Shown: positions 57,380 through 64,000 of the stretch, piece by piece
Numbering within the stretch: position 1 is the first letter of the stretch
Layout: the number at the start of each line of letters is the position of its first letter
DNA from: a virus
Taxonomy: Duplodnaviria; Caudoviricetes
Strand: one strand, 5' to 3'
IMG/VR virus record: IMGVR_UViG_2724679359_000002
Coordinates: 8,398-72,397 of that record
Length of the DNA stretch: 64,000 bases
The notes under the pieces: model-generated
Seen by the model: only the letters and a program-made list of their open reading frames with translations
The model's database searches: none
What the model was told of the DNA's origin: nothing
Program-made: the position numbers and the translations under genes

Positions 57380-57638
57380 AAGATTGAGTGATTATGTGCT
57401 CAGCGATTTGATTAAGTAGTTCAGCAGCTTCTACACCACTCAATTCTCGGTTTAGAATTTGATTAGCAATCTCATCCAAACGAAAGGAAACCAGCGCGGC
57501 CTGATTCTTTCTTTCATCCATGCGCGCTTCATTGAGCATTAGCTCCATTGATTCAACTGACGTCATTGTTACTGAGCGGTCACTGCCCGGCTTGCCGGGG
57601 TCTACGCCCATCCATATATTTTGTGTTGTATTCTGCAT
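57366..57638 (-). CDS. DUF2732-like early protein
   Basis: LNEARMDERK......RL..IA..I....L...EAAELL. Confidence 0.7.
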   Translation of the reverse strand: MQNTTQNIWMGVDPGKPGSDRSVTMTSVESMELMLNEARMDERKNQAALVSFRLDEIANQILNRELSGVEAAELLNQIAEHIITQSYDQH

Positions 57639-57703
57639 AGATAATTCCTGTTTTTAGGCAATACGAAACCCGGCGAGTAAAACGCCATATATTTCGGATT
57701 CGG

Positions 57704-58030
57704 TTAATTAATAATATTCAGTGTGCAGTCATCATTACTGACAAATGACGGCAACGAACGAGTAAACTCAATTAAGTAATTCAACGTTTCAACAACAGAT
57801 TCTCTTTCTGCTGGCGTTAATTCTGAAAACTGCATATTCACATGACGGCTTTTTAACCCAGCATGAAAACAGATTGTTTTACGCAAATGTGCCGGTGATT
57901 TATCAAAAGCCTCCAGAGCAACATTCTTTCTATTACGGAAATGCGTTTCTTTTAATTCAGCAATACGAGCAATACCCGTCATTCTTAATTTTTCAGCTTC
58001 CGTTAATTGCAGCATATAACCCCCAATCAA
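57704..58030 (-). CDS. P2 B/DUF5347-like early protein
   Basis: TICFHAGLK.RH....FSEL...ER. Confidence 0.6.
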   Translation of the reverse strand: MIGGYMLQLTEAEKLRMTGIARIAELKETHFRNRKNVALEAFDKSPAHLRKTICFHAGLKSRHVNMQFSELTPAERESVVETLNYLIEFTRSLPSFVSNDDCTLNIIN

Positions 58031-58212
58031 CGTCCGAACAGACGACGTAATATTGGCGTCTTCATTGCAGAGGACAATTCTTGTAAAAGCGCCTTTTGAT
58101 TACTTCCCGGCTTCCAGCGCTGGCCGCTCTTCAATTCCAGCACACCGTTACCGAAATGGCGCAGGTTTACCGGGCTTTGCTGTTTCAACAATGGGGCAAT
58201 AGAAATAATCAT
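58027..58212 (-). CDS. fil: Fil-like protein
   Basis: S.A.LL.QQSP....FG.G......G.RW.P, following cII as in 186. Confidence 0.65.
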   Translation of the reverse strand: MIISIAPLLKQQSPVNLRHFGNGVLELKSGQRWKPGSNQKALLQELSSAMKTPILRRLFGR

Positions 58213-58221
58213 AAAGACACC

Positions 58222-58731
58222 TCAACTCAAACCAGCGACAGCACTCAAGCCGCTAATAACATCAACGGTTGAAGCTAACGCGGGGGTTGACTGAATGCGC
58301 GCCTGCACTGTCAGGCCAATTAGTGACAGGTGGCGAATCGCAGTATTAACGCTATCCAGCAGAGCAGATTTGCTGAATGCTGTTTTATGGTTGCCTTGTA
58401 CCGCAGCGGCAGCAATAGAACCCACGGCGGCTGTAGCATGTAGCGCATAAGTCGGGATATTGCCGGGGCAGGCTTCATTGACTGGCACTGACGGCATGCA
58501 ATTGATTTGTGACAGCAGGCCGTCTAATAACGTTGGGTCTTCGGTCAGGTCGGTGATGTACAGTAGTTCGTCAACGGTCAGGCGGTGTGGCTGGTCAGGA
58601 TTCAATTTGTTACGCAACACTTGCGCCGAGATCCCTGCGTTTGCTGCCAACTCGACTAAATTGTGCTTTAAAGCAAACTGACGGCAGGCGTTGTCAAAGT
58701 GCGGATGTTTGGACACTGAAAAATCAAACAT
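58222..58731 (-). CDS. cII: CII activator (186-type)
   Basis: MFDF.VSKHPHFD.AC, LRNKLNPDQPH.LT, TED.TL.DG. Confidence 0.9.
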   Translation of the reverse strand: MFDFSVSKHPHFDNACRQFALKHNLVELAANAGISAQVLRNKLNPDQPHRLTVDELLYITDLTEDPTLLDGLLSQINCMPSVPVNEACPGNIPTYALHATAAVGSIAAAAVQGNHKTAFSKSALLDSVNTAIRHLSLIGLTVQARIQSTPALASTVDVISGLSAVAGLS

Positions 58732-58785
58732 GGCTTACTTCCTCACATATGCCGACAATTAGTTGGCAAATTTGAATATCGAACA

Positions 58786-58983
58786 TTACTGGTTTGCCGC
58801 TTCTTTAGTGAGAGCGATCATATTTACGAGTACCTTTTCCATTTTGCGAACTTTCTGGCGGATAGGTAAACGACCATCTTTCACCATGCCACGGCAGGTT
58901 TCATAAGGGATTCCGCTCAATTTTGAGAACTCGGGCAGGGATAAATAAGGAGAGGTTACTGTGATTGCAAGGTTTTGCATCAT
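58786..58983 (-). CDS. apl: Apl/Cox regulator
   Basis: PYLSL.EF....GIP..TCRGMV.DGRLPIR.K. Confidence 0.82.
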   Translation of the reverse strand: MMQNLAITVTSPYLSLPEFSKLSGIPYETCRGMVKDGRLPIRQKVRKMEKVLVNMIALTKEAANQ

Positions 58984-59095
58984 GGTGCATCCTGTAATGT
59001 GTGGTTAATGCGGGTTAATTTGTGTCTACGTACAACAATGAGGAATTTAATCCTCAAATGTGTACTAGTCAATATTATTTCGGCGGGAATATTGA

Positions 59096-59665
59096 ATGAT
59101 TTTTAGTGGCGGACAGGCTGTTGTTGATAGGTTATTGAAAGCCTACGGTTTTTCAACGCAACGTGAGCTTGTAGGAAAAATAGGTGTTGGTCATGGAACA
59201 GTAAGCACGTGGATTAAACGTGGGTATTTTCCCGGCAAAGAAATTGTTCAGTGCGCTCTTGAAACGGGTGCATCTTTACAATGGTTAGCAACTGGGGAGG
59301 GTGAACCGTGGGAAGCCGACAAAGCTACTAATGAAAAAGAACACGCTAAATTAATTCAGCACAGAAAGTTGGTTGATGGATTGTTAACCGATGCCAGCCC
59401 CGTATTACTTGACCCTGAATTACTTCCAGTACAGATAGATGAACCTGAGTTGATTTCTTCACCTAATGCCAAGAGTTCATTTCTGGTTGAGCATCAATTC
59501 AAGAAAATCACTGATGGCCTGTGGCTTATTGAAAAAGCGGGAGTTGTATCTGTCAGTGAGCTTACCCGTTTACCCGGTGATGTATGGCGTATCAATGATG
59601 TCAATTGGCCGGTTAGTGAAGTCAGCATATTGGCGAAAGTTGTTGGTGAAATTACTGGCTATTAA
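59096..59665 (+). CDS. cI: 186-type CI repressor
   Basis: GGQ.V.DRL..AYGF, W..R..FP, CALETG.SL.WLATG.G. Confidence 0.9.
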   Translation: MIFSGGQAVVDRLLKAYGFSTQRELVGKIGVGHGTVSTWIKRGYFPGKEIVQCALETGASLQWLATGEGEPWEADKATNEKEHAKLIQHRKLVDGLLTDASPVLLDPELLPVQIDEPELISSPNAKSSFLVEHQFKKITDGLWLIEKAGVVSVSELTRLPGDVWRINDVNWPVSEVSILAKVVGEITGY

Positions 59666-59689
59666 TCTTACGTGACTTATTAAGGATGA

Positions 59690-60964
59690 ATGATGAAGTT
59701 AAAAAGTTTAACTGTTAGTAAATTATTTGATAGGTTGGACTATAGTTTATATCTTGATCAAGATATTATCACTATAATAACTGGCCCTAATGGTTATGGA
59801 AAAACCATTTTATTAAAAATAATAAATAATTTCATGACCAAAAACTTGCAGTTCTTTTTTCAAATAAAGTTTGAATATATAGAAATTGAGTTTGCTGATT
59901 ACACTCTGAAATTAGAGGTGATTGACAACATTTTATATATAGAGAAAACATATCTTATAATAAACAAGATTGAAAGTTTCACTTACCAGAATGACTCGAT
60001 AAAAAATAGTGAATTTCTAGTTGGCTTTGAACTTGAAGATGGACAATTAATAAAAAAGAATTATTTAAAGTCAAAGTATAAAAATAAATTTTTTCTAAAA
60101 GAATCAAATGACACTGATATATATTCTAGTAAAGCTCTTGAGTGGCTAGATGAAGTAATAGGGAAAACTGAAATCACTTTTATAAAAGCGCAACGACTAG
60201 AAACGTTAAATGAAAATAGTGATATGGGAATGTCGACAGAGTTGACAATAAAAAAATTCTCTAAAGATTTATCAAGGAAAATAAGAAAGGCATCTGAAGT
60301 GTCTTCGAGTATAGCACAACGCTTAGATTCAACTTTTCCACGTCGACTCTTTGAATTTAGTCATGTTGATAGTTCTCCTGAGTTTATCAAAGACCGCTTG
60401 TTAGGTTTACAAGACACTAGAAGTAATTTTATAAAATATGGCCTTCTTGAATTTGATGAAGAAAATGATTCTTTAATATTTAGAAAGAACTCTATAGAAA
60501 AGGCATATACTAATGTTCTTAATCTTTATATTGAAGATGCTTTAGAGAAACTTAGTGCTTATGATGAATTGTATAGCAAGGTTGAGTTATTTGTTTCATT
60601 ATTAAATGAAAAAATGTTGGCTTTTAAAAATATAAAAATAAACCAGGAACGTGGCTTTTATTTTGTAAGTGATTTTGGTGATGAAATAGAGCTGGAAAAT
60701 TTATCATCAGGAGAACAAAATCAAATAGTATTGTTTTATGACATGATTTTTAACACAAAAGAGAATTCGATTGTACTTATTGATGAACCAGAAATTTCAC
60801 TTCATGTAGCGTGGCAAAAGGAATTTCTAGATAGCTTACAGAAGATATTAAAAGTTAATCATATTGATAAAGTTATAATTGCAACCCATTCACCACAGGT
60901 TATTAATGGTAAATGGGGACTAACTATTGATTTATTTAAAATAATCAATGGTGAAAGTAAATGA
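59690..60964 (+). CDS. ariA: ABC-type ATPase, PARIS AriA-like
   Basis: GPNGYGKT, LSSGEQ, LIDEPE.SLH..WQ, ATHSP; very AT-rich. Confidence 0.82.
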   Translation: MMKLKSLTVSKLFDRLDYSLYLDQDIITIITGPNGYGKTILLKIINNFMTKNLQFFFQIKFEYIEIEFADYTLKLEVIDNILYIEKTYLIINKIESFTYQNDSIKNSEFLVGFELEDGQLIKKNYLKSKYKNKFFLKESNDTDIYSSKALEWLDEVIGKTEITFIKAQRLETLNENSDMGMSTELTIKKFSKDLSRKIRKASEVSSSIAQRLDSTFPRRLFEFSHVDSSPEFIKDRLLGLQDTRSNFIKYGLLEFDEENDSLIFRKNSIEKAYTNVLNLYIEDALEKLSAYDELYSKVELFVSLLNEKMLAFKNIKINQERGFYFVSDFGDEIELENLSSGEQNQIVLFYDMIFNTKENSIVLIDEPEISLHVAWQKEFLDSLQKILKVNHIDKVIIATHSPQVINGKWGLTIDLFKIINGESK

Positions 60965-61839
60965 GCTCATTGCAAGATTCATTATCAATTGATGATTGGG
61001 TTGATACTATCGTATTAGTATTTCAACATCCGAAATACAATAATAAAGCTTTTTTCATAGTTGAAGGTGAGAGCGATGTAGGTTTCTTTAAAGGTATATT
61101 TTCTAGTAAAGAATTATATTTTGATTCCCCTTGTAGTGGAAAGCCAGAAGTAATAAAGGCAGTGTACAGATTGCGTGGGTATAGTCATGAAAATGTATAT
61201 GGTATTTGTGACTCTGATTTTGATCTTGTTAGTGGAAAAATTCATGACTACCAAGGGAAGGGATTAGTTTTCACTGACTGCCATGATGTTGAAATGATGC
61301 TGGTAAACTCGAATGCATTTGATAAGTTTTATCATGAATTTACTCGTTTAGATATAGCAAGAAAAATTAATGCTAATAGTGAAGAAGTTAAAAATAATAT
61401 TTTTGATGCGGCTTATAAAATAGGCATATTAAAATGGATTAATTATGATTTTGGCTTGTCCCTCAATTTTAAAAGAATGAGATATGCTGACTTTATTAAA
61501 GTTAATAATTTTAATGTAGTGTTTGATTATGAGCGTTTAATTCAAACTATTTTAAATAGAAGTCCAAACTTTACAAATGGTCTAACTAAGTTAGAAATTA
61601 AAGATAAATACAATGAATATGAAAGCAGAAATGAGAGTAAGTTACATATTTGCAATGGTCATGATTTCTCAAATATTCTAGCATTAGTCTACAAGCAAGA
61701 ACTATCGAGAGATAGGAATATGAGTCATGACAGAGTCGAGTCTCACCTAAGAATGGCTTATCCCAAAGAGATATTTTATGGGACGTGTCTTTATCGTGAT
61801 ATGAAACAAATCTTCTCCGCATATGGGGTAGAAGATTAG
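60961..61839 (+). CDS. ariB: DUF4435/TOPRIM protein, PARIS AriB-like
   Basis: IVEGESD, GK..V, GICDSDFD, HDVEMM, NGHD; ATGA-coupled to the ATPase. Confidence 0.82.
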   Translation: MSSLQDSLSIDDWVDTIVLVFQHPKYNNKAFFIVEGESDVGFFKGIFSSKELYFDSPCSGKPEVIKAVYRLRGYSHENVYGICDSDFDLVSGKIHDYQGKGLVFTDCHDVEMMLVNSNAFDKFYHEFTRLDIARKINANSEEVKNNIFDAAYKIGILKWINYDFGLSLNFKRMRYADFIKVNNFNVVFDYERLIQTILNRSPNFTNGLTKLEIKDKYNEYESRNESKLHICNGHDFSNILALVYKQELSRDRNMSHDRVESHLRMAYPKEIFYGTCLYRDMKQIFSAYGVED

Positions 61840-61889
61840 AAGTTTTATCGTTATAAACAATATTGTGTTTAAAAGTACAAAATCAAACA

Positions 61890-61914
61890 TTGACTACTGT
61901 TTTTATATACAGTA
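61890..61914 (+). promoter_or_regulatory. TTGACT -35 and LexA box upstream of int
   Basis: TACTGTTTTTATATACAGTA (CTG-N10-CAG at 61897-61912). Confidence 0.8.
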
Positions 61915-61949
61915 AATAAGCCCAAGGGATTATTCTTGAGGACTTATTT

Positions 61950-62999
61950 ATGGCAGTACGGAAGTTACCCAACGGGAAGTGGGTCTGTGATTTTTACTCA
62001 GATGGCCGTGACAGTAAGCGGGTTAGGAAAACCTTTGTTACTCGCGGCGAGGCGTTGCGCTTTGAACGTGAGCAGTTAGCGCAACGTGGTGATCTGGATA
62101 TTGACTACACACCGGCAGAGACTGCCGCGCAGAGGTTAAAAACATTGGTCGGTCAGTGGTATGAACTCCACGGGCGCTCTTTGAGTGACGGCAAAGCAAG
62201 ATTAGATAAACTCAATATCCTGTGTGATAACTTGGGCGATCCTGCTGTTGTCGATTTTGACCGGGAAGTGTTCGCCAATTACCGCAAGCAGCGTTTAGCC
62301 GGTGAGTTTAGTCCTAAACCCAAACATGGAATTGTTAAGCCGCCAAAGGAGGCAACGGTTAACCGTGAACATGCCTATCTACGAGCCGTGTTTAATGAAT
62401 TAAAAAGGCTAGGACATTGGAATCATGCTAATCCACTGGATGGCATTAGGCTATTTCGTGAAAGTGAAAACGAGTTAACTTTCCTTTATGAAGACGATAT
62501 TAAACGTCTGCTGCATGAGTGTGACAACTCCAGTAATAAAGATCTCGGTATTATCGTTCGTATCTGCCTGGCTACCGGCGCGCGTTGGAGTGAAGCGGAG
62601 CAGCTAAGACAAGCTCAGGTGATGCCAAATAAAATTACTTATATCAACACCAAGAGTAAAAAGAACCGTACAGTCCCTATTTCTGCGGAACTGCATAAAC
62701 TCATTCCAAAGATTAAAGGGCGCTTATTCGCTAATGCCTATGATGCATTTGGTCAAGCTATCGACCGGGCTAAACTGGTGCTACCTACCGGCCAGTTAAC
62801 CCACGTTCTACGCCATACTTTCGCCAGCCATTTTATGATGAACGGCGGTAACATATTAGTACTGCAACAAATCCTCGGGCACTCCACTATCCAAATGACC
62901 ATGCGCTATAGCCACTTTGCACCGGATCATTTAGAAGCGGCAGTGAGTTTGAATCCATATGACCGCATTTCTAAAATTAATAATGTGAGAATAGAATGA
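61950..62999 (+). CDS. int: Tyrosine integrase (prophage 2)
   Basis: TGARWSE, HVLRHTFASH, MTMRYSH; homologous to 30265-31272. Confidence 0.95.
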   Translation: MAVRKLPNGKWVCDFYSDGRDSKRVRKTFVTRGEALRFEREQLAQRGDLDIDYTPAETAAQRLKTLVGQWYELHGRSLSDGKARLDKLNILCDNLGDPAVVDFDREVFANYRKQRLAGEFSPKPKHGIVKPPKEATVNREHAYLRAVFNELKRLGHWNHANPLDGIRLFRESENELTFLYEDDIKRLLHECDNSSNKDLGIIVRICLATGARWSEAEQLRQAQVMPNKITYINTKSKKNRTVPISAELHKLIPKIKGRLFANAYDAFGQAIDRAKLVLPTGQLTHVLRHTFASHFMMNGGNILVLQQILGHSTIQMTMRYSHFAPDHLEAAVSLNPYDRISKINNVRIE

Positions 63000-63031
63000 C
63001 GACTAAAAGGGATGACATCAGAAAATTATGA

Positions 63032-64000
63032 TCAATTTGTGAACTGTAAGTAATGACGTGACTTAAAGTCCTTCATATGTGTTAAGAGTGCCTCATTACT
63101 GGATCCAAATATGGTATTGCCAGAGTGATAGGCTATCTTTGAATTAAGCATAATAACGTCTTCATTACATAATTCATGAGGGTCTAAATAAAGATTATCG
63201 CTGGTCAATATAAGCAAAGCTCTGCGAGTTGATAATGGATAGTAGTAGTCAATGTATTCACCAGTATGGCCTTCGGGGTTCAAGTTTATAACGGGTTGAT
63301 CAGATGTTATAAAATCAATATTTGTATTGTTATTAATAAGGATAACCTTTCTATTGCTATTCAATGACATGTCATAAGAAAGATTGGTTGCCATAAATGA
63401 GCACATAAACCACCAATTTCTTTCATAAAAGTCTTCGAGCCTTTTTCGGACATCTATTGGGCTTTCATTAGCATATAAAGAAAGTGTTAAAAGTTTCTTC
63501 ATTTTAATTGTCCTTGTACACTGATAACCGAGAAAATAGCAAAAATCGTAATAAATACTATTATCTTCAAGGTGTGCTAGATTGCCTGCTCTTAAGTGAT
63601 TTAATATATCTATAGCACTTGATTCTTGTTGTGATAGATAGTTTTCAAAAAGGTTGCTAGACATTAATTCGTTAAAATCCACACCGAACTTATCAAAAAT
63701 TTCAGGTGACATTTTTGAAAATAATTTTTGCGCATTAAAAATCATTTCAGCGAAATCCCAGTGAAGTTTTTTTAAAGTATCATGACAATTTTTTGTCATC
63801 ATCAATATGATTTCCTTATCTTCCTCTCTTAGCATACCCATTTTATAAAAGTCTTTTTCAAATCCAAGTCCCCTGACACTATCACAAGCGACATTGTCCC
63901 TTTTAGTAATATAATGAATATTAGTTCCATCAAGAGTCCAGTCTCTTAGATAGTGTGCCCAGACATAATGGTGTCTTGTTTTCTTCTCAAAAATCTTCAT
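63032..64000 (-). CDS. DUF4238-like protein (candidate anti-phage)
   Basis: HHYV...YL..W, FITSDQPVI, YPLS; ATG at the window edge, may start further right. Confidence 0.78.
   Translation of the reverse strand: MKIFEKKTRHHYVWAHYLRDWTLDGTNIHYITKRDNVACDSVRGLGFEKDFYKMGMLREEDKEIILMMTKNCHDTLKKLHWDFAEMIFNAQKLFSKMSPEIFDKFGVDFNELMSSNLFENYLSQQESSAIDILNHLRAGNLAHLEDNSIYYDFCYFLGYQCTRTIKMKKLLTLSLYANESPIDVRKRLEDFYERNWWFMCSFMATNLSYDMSLNSNRKVILINNNTNIDFITSDQPVINLNPEGHTGEYIDYYYPLSTRRALLILTSDNLYLDPHELCNEDVIMLNSKIAYHSGNTIFGSSNEALLTHMKDFKSRHYLQFTN

Larger units (their letters stand above)
31380..64000. mobile_element. 186-like P2-family prophage 2 (right att outside window)
   Basis: Complete structural set, cos, tum, A, cII, apl, cI, int. 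Confidence 0.95.

Noticed and set aside
59690-61839. OLD nuclease, Gabija or retron system
   Set aside because: ATPase and TOPRIM are separate coupled genes, with no UvrD helicase or reverse transcriptase; PARIS fits better.

Overview
The window holds two P2/186-family (Peduoviridae) prophages in tandem and in the same orientation, probably in a Yersinia chromosome (host is an inference). They are joined at a 3'-half tRNA-Leu(TAA) att core at about 31380-31433. Prophage 1 (<1-31433) runs from tail fibre to integrase. Its sheath, tube, tape-measure and ogr genes are not in the window. Prophage 2 (31380->64000) is a nearly complete 186-like genome (ogr, D-U-T-E-FII-FI, H-I-J-W-V, lysis, head, cos, tum, A, cII/apl/cI, int). 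Cargo genes include an Rpn nuclease, a HEPN-like gene + BrnTA + TIR cluster, a DUF2971-like gene with membrane-protein neighbours, a pore-forming-toxin/immunity-like pair next to the spike gene, PARIS (AriA/AriB) and a DUF4238-like gene. The two most unusual observations are (i) a C5 DNA methyltransferase whose motifs appear split between two fully nested reading frames carrying tandem WPTP repeats, and (ii) an extra ATPase-domain-only terminase paralogue with a degenerate Walker B, translationally coupled between the terminase and portal genes. All family calls come from reading motifs and synteny; no searches were run.
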